Position numbers and translations under genes: made by a program
NCBI GenBank assembly: GCA_973895155.1
Contig: OZ316893.1
Span: 16,150,645-16,214,644, forward strand
Origin: Marsupella aquatica
Lineage: Eukaryota > Plantae > Marchantiophyta
Length of the DNA: 64,000 nucleotides
Direction: 5' to 3'
Part shown: positions 24,655 through 37,192 of the stretch, one piece after another
How positions within the stretch are numbered: the first letter of the stretch is position 1
Layout: each line of letters begins with the position of its first letter
The notes under the pieces: model-generated
What the model was told of the DNA's origin: nothing
Seen by the model: the letters and a program-made list of their open reading frames with translations, nothing else
Databases searched by the model: none

Positions 24655-25610
24655 AAAGAGCCTCTCCAAAGTTATCACCAACACCTCCTATCCTGAGTTG
24701 TCATCTTAGAGATCCTCTTTGAGGTCTGACCTTGTGTAATATGCCTATGAGAGGCTCTATGAGGCATGGTCGGGATGATTTGTCATCTTGGAGAGGCTCT
24801 CTAACATGGGTCTCGTCATGACATGTCATCTTGGAGAGCCTCTCCAACTTAAGTCCCAACCTTACATGTCATCTCGGAGACGCTCTTTGACATTGGTCTT
24901 GTCATTACATGTCATCTTGGAGAGCCTCTTTGAGGTCTGACCTTGTGTAATATGCCATTTTGGAGAGGCTCTATGAGGCATGACTGGGCTGATTTGTCAT
25001 CTCGGAGAGCCTCTCTAACATGGGTCTTGTCATGACATGTCATCTCGGAGAGCCTCTCCAACTTAAGTCCCGACCTTACATGTCATCTCGGAGAGCCTCT
25101 CTAACATGGGTCTCGTCATGACATGTCATCTCGGAGAGCCTGGCTCTGACTTAATTCCCAACCTTACATGTCATCTCGAAGACGCTCTCTGACATGGGTC
25201 TCGTCATTACTTGTCATCTTGGAGAGCCTCTCCGACTTAAGTCCCGACCTTGCATGTCATCTCAAAGAGCCTCTCTCACATGGGTCCTGACCTGACATGT
25301 CATCTTGGAGATGCCCTTTGACATCGGTCTCGTCATTACATGTCATCTTGGAGAGCCTCTCTAACATGGGTCCTGACTTGACATGTCATCTTGGAGACGC
25401 TCTTTGACATGGGTCTCATCATTACATGTCATCTCGGAGAGCCTCTCTGACATGGGTCCTGACTTGACATGTCATCTTGGAGACGCTCTTTGACATGGGT
25501 CTCATCATTACATGTCATCTTGGAGAGCCTCTTTGACATGGGTCCTAACCTGACATGTCATCTCGGAGACAATCAGGAACATGTCCCAACTTAAGACTGG
25601 CCTAACATGT
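24655..25610. repeat. Palindrome array 3 (~43-bp period, variable spacers, ~20 copies)
   Basis: acatgtcatct(c/t)ggagagcctctc... at 24821, 24864, 24907 and onward, with several alternating spacer types. Confidence 0.93.
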
Positions 25611-27265
25611 CATGTGAGTACTGTATATTTTTGGGAATTAAATCCGATCGTTGAATGATTGTACTCATTAATACCAAGTAATGATAGGAAATCTTATCTG
25701 GTCTGGAATCAATCGTACTAAGGACATTATGGCGTGAAGGGGTAATAATGATGAAAGCATCTGTAGAGGTACTTCAGTGTTGCAACTCTGACATGAGTCA
25801 AATCCAGGCATTCATCAGTTAGGGAGTAGTACGACTACATATAACCCAATAAACTACTAACATGTAAACTTCCTCCCGTGGCCCCTACCACCTGTAATCA
25901 ATGAGTGGCCCCATAGATCTCCCGTTGCTTGGATGGGACTTGACCTGCGTGACGGCGGTAGTGAATATAGTTGTGATGCCCTTACATCTTCCATTGCCTA
26001 ATGATGATGATGACTACATCCAGCCTTGTCCCCTCCGTCTCTCGCCTTTGCTTCTTACATCTACCCTGAACTTATTGCAGCTATCATTTCATTATCTTTT
26101 CCTCATTTGAATTACAATCGAGGCAGAGCAAGTTCAAGTGCGGATGCAATTGTGGATTGAGTGTGCCTTACTTGTTGTGTAATCTTTTTCTCTCCGCACG
26201 TTGTAGATTGAGCTCAGGTGCAATGCGAGTGCGAGTGTGCTGTAGATTTTGCTGAGTTGTGGGCTGTGGGCAGAACTCCTGAATTGCAAATGAGGTTGTG
26301 CGGGTGTAAGTACGGGTGCATTTGTGGATTGAGTTCTCGGTGTGATTGACTGCTGTGAGCTATGGCGGTGTGAGTGCAAGTGCTGTGCAAGTGGTGGAAG
26401 TGATGCAATTGAGTGTTGTGAGCTGTGGGCGGTGCAAGTGCAAGTGTTGTGCGATTGCCAGTGATTGAGTTGTTGGCGGTGCAAGTGCTGTGCAATTGAA
26501 GTTGTGCTCGTGCAATTGAGTAGTTGGTGAGAGCAAAACATTCTGAAAATGATAGGGAAGAGGAAGCAACCCGCTCCCTCTCCTTCATTTTCTGGTTGGC
26601 AGAGAGCACCGCCAGTGGTCGGGAAACTCACACAATGAAGAAGCTAGAGCCGAAGGTTCTGAACTTCAAAAATTTGTCTGCTGAACGTTTGAACAAGGGT
26701 GCTTTTAAAGGGATTGTTGGGGAGTACTTGGTTTCATTTGGAGTTGAACCAAGCGGGAAGCCCAAAGAGCCACCTTGAATTCCACTATGTCGTTTGATGA
26801 CAATGGAGGCAGTTCGGACTCTCCAACAGAGCTCCATCCTCAAGATGAAGAAGGACTTTGTAAAGAAGTTCATGGGTATGTGGACAAGTTTTTGGAATTC
26901 CACATATCAGAGACCAATGTACATAACGCCACCCACTCCATGTCTAAATTTTTTGCGGATTGGGACCCTCTATGGGAACAAGCTAACGCAAAATTTGAGA
27001 TGGAGTGTGATGGCTACAAGGAGTTTCAAGTTTTGAAGGCTAAGATGTTTTGGGTGTTTGATGGAAATCATCGCCTCAATGCATGGAGACAAGTGGTTGG
27101 AGACTATCCTAACGAGCAGAAGTACCACCCTTGCGTGAGATTCTCTCTTCTACAACCTGGAAAACAAGGATTCAGGAAGATTGAGCAGGCAATGCATGGC
27201 CTGAATGCGTAAGTTTTTGCCCCCTTGGTTTTTGGTTGTTCTTGCATTTGTTGTTCTTTTGCACC

Positions 27266-27875
27266 TAGAGAGGCAATGCTATCTCGGAGAGGCTCTCTGA
27301 GATAGAAATAACCTTCCCTTCTTGGAGAGCCTCTTCAAGATATCCATGCCTTCTTGAAGAGCGATGCCTTCTCGGAGAGCCTCTCCAAGATAGAAAGAAC
27401 CTTCCCTTCTTGAAGAGCCTCTCCGAGATATCCATACCTTCTTGAAGAGCGATGCCTTCTTGGAGAGCCTCTTTGAGATAGAAAGAACCTTCCCTTCTTG
27501 GAGAGCCTCTCTGAGATAACCATGCCTTCTTAGAGAGCCTCTCCAAGATAGAAAGAACCTTCCCTTCTCGAAGAGCCTCTCCGAGATATCCATACCTTCT
27601 TGAAGAGCGATGCCTTCTTGGAGAGCCTCTTTGAGATAGAAAGAACCTTCCCTTCTCGGAGAGCTTCTCTGAGATATCCATGCCTTCTTGAAGAGCAATG
27701 CTTTCTCGGAGAGCCTCTCCAAGATAGAAAGAACTTTCCCTTCTCGGAGAGCCTCTCCAAGATATCACTGCCTCCTTGAAGAGCGATGCCTTCTCGGAGA
27801 GCCTCTCCAAGATAGGGAGACCCTCCCCTTCTTGGAGAGCCTCTCCAAGATAGGAAGCTTCTCCAAGATGTCATG
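27266..27875. repeat. Palindrome array 4 (38+50-bp higher-order repeat, inside an intron)
   Basis: Alternating gatagaaagaaccttccc and gatatccatgccttcttgaagagc spacers around ggagagcctctcc cores. Confidence 0.93.
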
Positions 27876-30047
27876 AAGATGTTAGTTCATCTTGTAGAGA
27901 TATGTCCAACCTGAAATTTTTTGTACATAGCCTTTGACGCTAATATTTGTCGCTTCTTTTACGTAGGATAAGCGCAAACGTTGTGCAAACATCTTGGTTG
28001 ACCGATGCAGACAGGGTGAAGAAGTTGTTGATGACACCATTGGAGGAGTATCAGACATTGCTTCATCCGGATGATTATGCTAGATTCTTAGCAGCGAGAA
28101 ACCATGGGCATGGAAAGACATGGTACAACAAGTGCATGACAAAGGATGTTGCTATGTACATCATGTCGTGGAATAATATTGAAGACGGGAGGATTTGTCT
28201 TGCGAAGGAGATGGCAGCCAATGCAGCAATTGGCCACACCTGGAGTTCGGAGAAGTTCCAGAAGGAAACTGCACTCATGACGAGTGAAGCTTGTAGGTCT
28301 TGGGAGGGCAAAATGCAAAAGTTTGCTCAGATTGTCAATCCAGCAAATGGAGAGGAATTTTTGGAGATAGTCGAGGAGCTGCACCAATTGCAGAGTCAAC
28401 AAAAAGATCGGCCACAAGTGCAAGTGGGGTTGGATAGAGTTAAATTATTTGCAAGTGTGGTCATGCCTGCTGATTGTTGAAACAGGTTACTCCGGGTTCA
28501 TTTCTCAATTGCGGAGGAGAAGAAGTGACACCACCATCCAGATGTATATGGTGATTCAGTAGTGAGAGCTTGGTTGCTAGTGTGGTCAATGTGGTGTTAC
28601 ATTGCCCATGTTGGCAATTTGATTATGTCAGAGTTTGCCGAGAGTGCATATGATTCTGGTGAGTGGCAGAATATCAATGGAAGCAAAGACAAGTTTGTTG
28701 AGTTCCACACCAAAATGTACAAGCAATTTGTACAGACTTGGTCCTATGAGGAGGGCAAGGAGATGTGGAATCCAGCAAAGCAAAGCAAAGATCTGTGGAG
28801 GAAGTGTGCAAAGAGGTGTGTGGTCCGATATTTACCTCATCAAGAGAGCATTGGAGCCTCTACTTTCAAAGTGTTATCAAGTGCTCTGACTGCATGGATG
28901 ACGGAGAAAGGCTCTCTATCAATGTATCCAACAGATGGGCTGAAGCCAGCAGCATGAGTCTTTTCATACTGGGAGAGACAAAATTGTCCATGGTTCATGG
29001 AGTTCATTGATTGGAATGAGTTCATTACGCCCAAAGAGAAGGATGCCACCAACCTCCTAAAGGAGAGGAAACTACCAGACAACCTTTTTGCGCCTTCAGA
29101 GTTGGCAGATCTTGCGCATTCGGCTAAGGCTGCATTGGAGTTGGAAGCCATTTTGCCTCTTGGAGAGCCAGAGTATGATGGAAAGGATGGTTCAGGGGAA
29201 GAAAGATAAGGAATCAAAAGACACCACCTCAGAACAAGGCACTCTTGGTAAGGATACACCCTGGCTTTCATTTTGCATTGTGCATCTGACCTATGTTGGA
29301 GAGCCTCTCCAAGATAGTATCATTGTAAAATGTATACTAAAGTCCTTAGTTTGTTCTGCAGAAAAAAGTAAAGAAAAGTTTGGAACCCCAGAGTCTACCT
29401 CAAGCAAACGTCGTCCAATGGATGAGAAGATGGAGGAGCAGAAGGAGACCAGGGACAATGGAGAGGAGGATGAGAAAGCAAGTGGGGACAATGGAGAGGA
29501 GGATGAGATGGCCACCCAGGGACAATGTAGAGGGGCATGAGGAGGAGGAGGAGGAGGCTAACCTTTCAACCCCAAGCGGGACCCCGAGCAAACCACAAAT
29601 CTTTGGGTAAGCCAACTAGTTGGCCAAAGAAGAAAGCTGAGAAGAGAATAGAAGAGCCTACAAATAAGCCAGTTTCAACAGAAGCCCCGCTTCTTTCGGA
29701 GGATGATCTTTGCAAAATTCTTGGAGTACCTCGGCCCTCTCATGCTATTACATTTGCCCTCCAATTTTGCCATCAAAAGAGCATATGACCTTACTAGAGT
29801 GTTCTTCTTGGCTGAAGGACAAATATCAGCCAACCACAGGAAAGTTGCCTCTCCCTCCATTCATGAGAAAATTCCAGGACTGGTGTAAAAAATTGAAGTT
29901 GGTTGGCTTGCAAAAACAAGGTTGGATAGTTGATGGTGTACCTAAGGGCCATGGTTTTGATATGATCTTTGTTCAGCTAGGGACAAATTATTGCCTAGCA
30001 CACGCTGAAAAGAATGTTCCGGTGTGGAATAGATTTTGGCTCAGTGA

Positions 30048-30450
30048 TGTTGGGTATTTACTCTTACGTCTAGGTTAGGTATGACGTGGTTGGTACAACT
30101 ACGTGGTTAGGTACTACTACATGATTAGGTACAACTATGTGGTTAGGTACAACTACGTGATTAGGTACAACTATGTGGTTAGATACAACTAAGTTGCACA
30201 CTATATCATAAGAGGCATGTGTGCTTGGAGAGGTAGAACCAAGGCTCATTGTTATGGAGCCACTTGAGAGATAGGGAGAGCTTACACCGTGGAGACTCGG
30301 TATAGCCGACGGGCTTAGAGTTCAGTAAAGCTCTCTTGTGTGTTCCCGTGGACGTAGCCTCAAGGAGGTGAACCACGTATCTCTTGTGTCGACTATTGTG
30401 CGTTGGATGGTTCATGGGCTTGCCGTTGCGATCGTCGTCTATGCTCAACA
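30048..30450 (+). repeat. 5' LTR of copy C with 18-bp tandem repeats
   Basis: Units resembling ggttaggtacaactacgt; homologous to 36123-36543. Confidence 0.95.
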
Positions 30451-30452
30451 AT

Positions 30453-30464
30453 TGGTATCAAAGC
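30453..30464 (+). promoter_or_regulatory. PBS for initiator tRNA-Met (one mismatch)
   Basis: tggtatcaaagc versus canonical TGGTATCAGAGC, 2 nt after the 5' LTR. Confidence 0.9.
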
Positions 30465-31605
30465 ATGCTTGGGAGGTGACGTGTGTTCGTGACGGGATTT
30501 CATGACGGTTTTTCCAGCGTTGAGTGTTGGTGGATTTTCCAGAGTTCCATCGCATAGAACTTGGAGTTTATGGGCTCAACGGATAGATCAGGGCAAGAGC
30601 TTTCTAACGGTGTGAAGAAATCGTTGAACGGAGCTCGTGGTGCAAAGAGATCTAAGTTTTTGTCGTTCTGGATTTTGTGAAGAAAGTTGGCAATCGACTC
30701 GGAGGGAGAAGCGTCAAGTGTTTTGACTCAACGGAGAGATTGAGGCAAGACGATTGTTTTTGAGTCCGGGATTGGCTCTTTGATGCAAAGAGGAAGGCCA
30801 AGCAAAATCAATTACCTTGTTGGACTTGGTGACGGCACCAAGTGCAATTGATCAACATTCGTTGTTGACAAGGTACCGTTTTTTTCTCTTTGAAAAACTG
30901 ATTCGAAATTGGCTATGGCAATTGAGAGAAATCTGTCATCTTTACCAATTTTTTTCTCCCTCGTTCTTTCCTCGTTTTGGGTGCTTCTTATATCGATCTT
31001 CATCGCCTCGGAGTCTAGTTTCCAAATCTGAAATCAGATCTTGATTTCGTCAAAACCCGAGTGAGATATCTTGCGTTTGGTGTCGAGGGGTACATTCTGC
31101 CGTGTGTATTTTCTGCGCGCGCGACCAGATTTCGACGACGAAGGGTGGTAGGGGGGTTTTGGGGGTTCGAGGACACATGTCAACCCCTCGATTGTTCTTC
31201 CAAAATTCCCACAGGGCCTGTACAAGGGTCATAGAATATTCCAAAAAACCAGAGAGCTATTTTTTGACCGTCCGACAAAGATTTCATCCGCCGAACGGTA
31301 ACTTTTTTGGTTATTTTTCGGCAAGGTCGTAGCCATTGAAATTGGCAACGCAGTGCACCAATCACATCGCAATTCCGACAACGGGTTGTACTTGGTATTT
31401 CGGTTATTCCCTGAGGTGGTCAAAACGGGGGAGTTTCCCAAGGTTTTACCCACCTCGACCGAAATTTGAATAACTTTTCCGTCAAATTTCGATTTTGATT
31501 TCGGTTTTCAGTATTGGACTCCTAGCTTTGTGGGCTACACGGCGGTGTTGAGTTTTGAGTTTTTTGAGAAGTTGTGAAAAACAACATTTTTTGTGATTTT
31601 CTCAT

Positions 31606-34600
31606 ATGAGTGATTCGGAGGAGTTTTTTGAAGACGTGGAACTTGAAGCACGAGGATCACCGCGGAGGTTTCAGGGGCAGAGAGAGGAGCAGGAGGAAGA
31701 GCACGTGACACCGATACCATCACCGGTGCGGCGTGTGGTGGAGGAAGCAGTACTACTACCGGAGCTCACGGTAGTGCCAAAGAAGAAGATAGGGACTTTC
31801 AAGCTTGGGGGACCCAAGTATGAAGTGACAAAGTATGATGGGCGCTCTGACTACTTGCTATGGGAGAAGCAGGTGAAGGGAGTGCTTTATGCGTCAGGGA
31901 TGGGCCAACTGCTGAGCCCTCGTGAAGACGATGTTGATGAGAAACAATGGGACCGCATGCAGGAGCAGGGAGTGTGGTGTGTTACACTCTATCTCATGCC
32001 TCCCATCATCAAGTAGTTGGGTGCACATAAGGATTGCATGTCCTTGTTTGCGGAATTGCAGAGCAAGTATCACCGCAAGGAGTTGTCGAACCGGCTCTAC
32101 ACTTCCTACAAACTGATGAGTTTCAGGATGAAGGAATCCGGTACGAAGTTGCAAGACCATGTGGATGCTTTCAACGACATGGTCGTTGACTTGGAAAACC
32201 TTGGGGAGACTTTGAATGATGAGACGAAGGCTCTACAGCTTCTTAGTTCATTGCCTCCATCTTACCAGTCTCTATCACGAGTGTTGTTGCATCGTGATAG
32301 GGATACCATTTCATACAATGACGTGGTAAGTTCTCTGCTTAGTGATGATCTTCAGCAGAAGATGCACATCACGTCACAACCTTCATCATCTGGTGCTGCC
32401 CTCAATGTTAACCGTGGGAGGAGTATGCAGCGACCAACTGGGGACCGTAGAACCCAGTTTAGATCTAAATCCAGATCTAAGTCCAAGGGTAAATCCCCTC
32501 AGAGGAGGCAGGTGACATGTTGGAAGTGCAACCAAGTTGGACACTTCAAGCGAGACTGTAAGGGAAAGGCAGCGGAAACTTCATCGGCAAATGTGGCTAG
32601 GGCTGATGGAGAAGTTGATTTACTCAATGATGAGTATGTTTTATGAAGCCGGGGGTATGCCCTGTGCACGTCATCTAGGAGAGCAGATGATGTGTGGATT
32701 CTTGATTGTGCTTGCTCTTTTCATATTTGTTACATTCGTGAGTTTTTCAGTTCTTACTCTGTTTCAAACGGTTCATTCTGATGGGAAATGATCACTCCTG
32801 TCAAATTGAGGGAATTGGGTCTGTGAAGATTCAAATGTTTGATGGCGCTGTGCGCACAGTGTCCGGAGTCAGGTATGTACCTGGCATGCGTAAAAATCTG
32901 ATTTCACTCGGTGTGTTGGATTCAAATGGTCATCAATGGAGCGTTATTGATGGTGAACTTCAAGTCAGGTTGGGAGAGACAATGATTTTGAAGGGGAGTA
33001 GACAAAAGAATTTGTATGTGTTATAGGGCAATACTGTATGTGGAGAGGCCAATGTAACCAAGTCTCACGAGGAGATGACTCAACTCTGGCATTCACGGCT
33101 AGGCCACATGAGTGAGAAGGGTTTGGCTATCTTACGGAAGAATGGACTCATTTCTGATTTGCAATTTTGTAAATTAGAGTTTTATGAGCATTGCATTCTT
33201 GGAAAGCAGCATCGTCGTGCTTTTGGTGTTGGAACTCATCGTTCCAAAGCGGTTCTTGAGTACATACATAATGACGTGTGGGGTCCATCCCCGACTCCCT
33301 CACACTCTGGAAAGTTGTACTATGTATCATTTATTGATGATTACTCAAGATTTGTGTGGATTTATTTCATGATGCATAAGTCTGATGTCTTGTCCATTTT
33401 TAAGAAGTGGAAGGCCCAGGTGGAGAATCAGACTGGAAACACGATCAAGTGTTTGGATACAAGGGTGAAGAGTCTGAGGTCAGACAACGGCAGGGAGTAC
33501 ACTTCAATGGAATTTGAAGAGTACTGTTCAGAACAGGGGATAACTCGCCATCTCACCACAGTTTATACTCCGCAGCAGAAGGGTGTTGCTGAGAGGCTCA
33601 ATCGGACACTGTTGGAGCGGTCACGGAGTATGTTGAGCCAATCAGGTTTACCACAAGAATTTTGGGCAGAAACTGTCAATACCGCAGCTTATTTGGTAAA
33701 TCTTTCTCCTTCTAGTGCTATCAATTTCAAAACGCCGTTTGAGATGCGCTATAAGCGGCAAGCAGACTATCATGGCTTGGTAGTTTTTGGAAGTGATGCA
33801 TATGCTCTCACACCGAAGCAGAATAGGACCAAGTTGGATCCTACCTCCAGGAAATGTGTTTTTCTTGGGTACCAGAGTGGTGTGAAAGCCTATAGGCTAT
33901 GGGATCCTATTGCCTGTAAGCTCGTTGTCAGTAGGGATGTTTCCTTCAATGAATCCAGATTATTAAAGGAGGGGGAGCATACTCAGGTCTCCCGTACTGA
34001 CAAAGGAAAATCTCCTATCCCGGATCTCGTTGAGGGGGAGATTGGTTATGAGGTGCATGACCGGAAAGAAGGAGTTGCTCCAATTATGGAGCTGGTTCCT
34101 GTGCCAGAGGAACCAGAGGAGTTTGTTGATGCTGGTGAGCAGCAAGTGGATGCTGTTGAGCTTCAAATTGTACCAGCACACGCAGATCAATCGGAGTCAT
34201 CGGCTAGAAGAACATCTGGTCACACTGTACGCGCTCCACCAAGGTATGGACAGTGGGTTGATTCATCTCAACTGCAAGAGGATGATTTTACAGCTGATGA
34301 TGAGGGTGATGCGTTAATTTTGGAAGAAGGGGAACCTTCTTCATTTCATGAGGCAAGTGCTTCAAAGGAGAAGCAGAAGTGGACTGCATCAATGCAAACG
34401 GAGATGCAGTCACTAAAGGACAATAAAACTTGGGAGCTTGTTAAGCTGCCTAAGGGTCAGCAAGTGGTGGACAGCAAGTGGTGGACAGCAAGTGGATTTA
34501 CAAGCTGAAGGATAATTCCATAGGAGGTGGATCGAAGGTCTACAAGGCTAGATTGGTAGCAAAGGGATTCACACAAGAGAAAGGTGTGGATTACAATGAG

Positions 34601-35932
34601 GTCTTCTCACCAGTTGCTAAGTACTCTACAATACGACTATTGTGTGTACTTGTTGTAATGTTTGGTCTGTTGCTAGATCAGATGGATGTTGTCACAGCTT
34701 TCCTCTATGGCACATTGGAAGAGGTGATCTTCATGAGACAACCGCTAGGTTTTGTGAAGAGAGGACAGGAGGAATTGGTTTGCAGATTGCTGAAATCCTT
34801 GTATGGGTTGAAGCAGTCATCAAGACAGTGGAACAAGTGGTTTGACGATTGGATTCGGTCACAAGGTTTTCACAGAAGTGTATTTGACCCTTGTGTGTAT
34901 TTGAAACCGGTAAAGAATGTTGTCTTTGGGTTCATTGTTTTAGTACTTTATGTGGATAATATGCTAATTGCAGCCAAGGATAGGTCTGAGATTGTTAAGC
35001 TCAAGGCACTGCTTAGTGCAGAGTTTAAGATGAAAGACTTAGGGCCAGCTAAGAGGATTTTGGGTATGGAGATCACTAGGAACTTGGAGGCTGGCAAGCT
35101 ATGGTTGACGCAGAGCAGTTATGCGAGGAAGGTAATTGCAAGGTTCAACATGGGGAATAGCAAGCCAGTAAGTACCCCGTTGGCTCCACACTTCAAGTTA
35201 TCATCAGCGTTCTGTCCTATGGATGACATAGAGAAGGGGTTGATGTCAAAGGTTCCGTATGACAAGGCAGTGGGGAGTCTCATGTATTTGATGACTTGCA
35301 CTAGACCTGATCTTGCCATGGCTATGGGCAAGGTGAGCAGGTACATGTCAAATCCAGGGAAGGTACACTGGGAAGCAATGAAGTGGATTATCAGGTACTT
35401 GAAGGGTACCGTGGATCATGGTCTTTTATTTGATGCGAATGCAAAGAATGCTAAATCATTGATTGGCTATGTTGATTCTGACTATGGACAAGATTTGGAC
35501 TGAAGGAGATCAACAACAGGATACGTGTTCACACTTGGCGGTGGATGCATAAGTTGGAGGTCTACTTTGCAGAAGTGTATTGCTCAGTCTACTATAGAAG
35601 CGGAGTATGTTGCAGCTGCGGAAGCAGCAAAGGAAGCGATTTGGTTGAATAGACTTATCACTGAAATGGGATTGCCACAGGGGAATGTGAAGCTCCATTG
35701 TGATAGTCAAAGTGCGCTCCACCTTGCTGTGAACCAAGTGATGGACAGCAGAGTGAAGCACATTGACGTTAGGCACCATTTTATCAGGCAGGCTGTGTCT
35801 GATAATTTGTTTGAGCTAGTCAAGATTGATGGTAAACTCAACCCGGTTGACGTATTTACCAAAGTGATTCCTTTGGAGAGTTTCTCTAGACACCGTGACG
35901 TATTGCAGGTTTTGCAATTGCATCACAAGTAG
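31606..35932 (+). pseudogene. Gag-Pol of copia C with multiple stops and frameshifts
   Basis: Gag (KYDGRSDYLLW, CWKCNQVGH), protease WILDCACSFH, integrase (LWHSRLGH, DVWGP, LRSDNG), RT (YGLKQ; YVDN instead of YVDD), RNase H. Stops at 32014, 32644, 33024, 35501; frameshifts near 32780 and 34470. Confidence 0.93.
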
Positions 35933-36122
35933 AGTTTTCTTAACATTCATTGTAATTACTGATATATGCTCTTCCTCATTCCTATGTATTAGGCTACGGC
36001 TTAGTTCTGGTTTGCTCTAGTTAGAGAGGGAAACCGGTTTGGTTTTTGTCCAGAACTTCCCGCTGAGGGATCATATACATTGGCAGTATTACTCTCCCCT
36101 AGACCAGAGTCAAGGGGAAGAT

Positions 36123-36543
36123 TGTTGGGTATTTACTCTTACGTCTAGGTTAGGTATGACGTGGTTGGTACAACAACGTGGGTTGGTACAACTACGTGGT
36201 TAGGTACAATTACGTGATTAGGTACAACTATGTGGTTAGGTACAACTACGTGATTAGGTACAACTATGTGGTTAGGTACAACTAAGTTGCACACTATATC
36301 ATAAGAGGCATGTGTGCTTGGAGAGGTAGAACCAAGGCTCATTGTTATGGAGCCACTTGAGAGATAGGGAGAGCTTACACTGTGGAGACTCGGTATAGCC
36401 GACGGGCTTAGAGTTCAGTAAAGCTCTCTTGTGTGTTCCCGTGGACGTAGCCTCAAGGAGGTGAACCACGTATCTCTTGTGTCGACTATTGTGCGTTGGA
36501 TGGTTCATGGGCTTGCCGTTGCGATCGTCATCTATGCTCAACA
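36123..36543 (+). repeat. 3' LTR of copy C
   Basis: One 18-bp unit longer than the 5' LTR, plus several substitutions. Confidence 0.95.
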
Positions 36544-36785
36544 AGTGACCTAGAAATGGCAACGACATTGGTAGACTCTCTACTCACAAACGACGGTTTC
36601 TTGTGCATCGTGCACAGTGGTTCATTTGCCCACACAGGCTCAATCTTTGAGTACCTTCACATTGACTGGGCTGAGAAATGGATCACATTGACTCATTCAC
36701 CATTTGAAATGATATGCCTTGCTACATGGCGTCAAGCAAAAAAGCTATAAGTTCACAAATATTTTGGCATTTATCAGTAGAAGTC

Positions 36786-37192
36786 ATTTTGAAGAGGCTC
36801 TCCAAGATAGTTCAAAAATGTGTCCGCAATTACCATCTCAGAGACGCGCTCCTAGATAGGTAAGATTGATCATGGAGAGGATCTTTGAGATAGGTAGGAT
36901 CAATCTCAAAGAGCCTATCCCAAATCCTACATATCTCGGAGAGCCTCTCCGAGATAGGGAAGATCCATCTTGGAGAACCTCTCTAAGATAGGTAGCATGG
37001 ATCTTGGAGAGCCTCTATGAGATAGGTACCTTGGATCTTGGAGAATTTATCTGAGATAGGTAGGATCCATCTTGAAGAGCCTCTCTGAAATAGGGAAGAT
37101 CCATCTTGGAGAGCCTCTCTAAGATAGGTAGCATGAATCTTGGAGAACTTCTTTGACATAGGTAGGATCCATCTCGGAGAGCCTCTCCAACA
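36786..37192. repeat. Palindrome array 5 (~38-bp period, inside a probable intron)
   Basis: gatagg...gatccatct(c/t)ggagagcctctc units. Confidence 0.9.

Larger units (their letters stand above)
30048..36543 (+). mobile_element. Full-length but defective Ty1/copia LTR retrotransposon, Tnt1/Tork-like (copy C)
   Basis: LTRs 30048-30450 (403 bp) and 36123-36543 (421 bp), TG...CA; TSD AGTGA (30043-30047, 36544-36548); PBS tggtatcaaagc; PPT aaggggaaga; copia domain order. Confidence 0.96.

Noticed and set aside
24655-25610. CRISPR-like repeat-spacer array
   Set aside because: Spacers recur in a few types rather than being unique, repeats are degenerate, there are no cas genes and the context is a eukaryotic transposon.
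26134-26631. His/Cys/Thr-rich minus-strand ORFs
   Set aside because: Arise from a low-complexity tgcaa/gtg tract.
27265-27876. Repetitive ORFs (ERLSEK/RGSPR) here and at 24227-24573
   Set aside because: Translation artefacts of the palindromic tandem arrays; this one lies in an intron.
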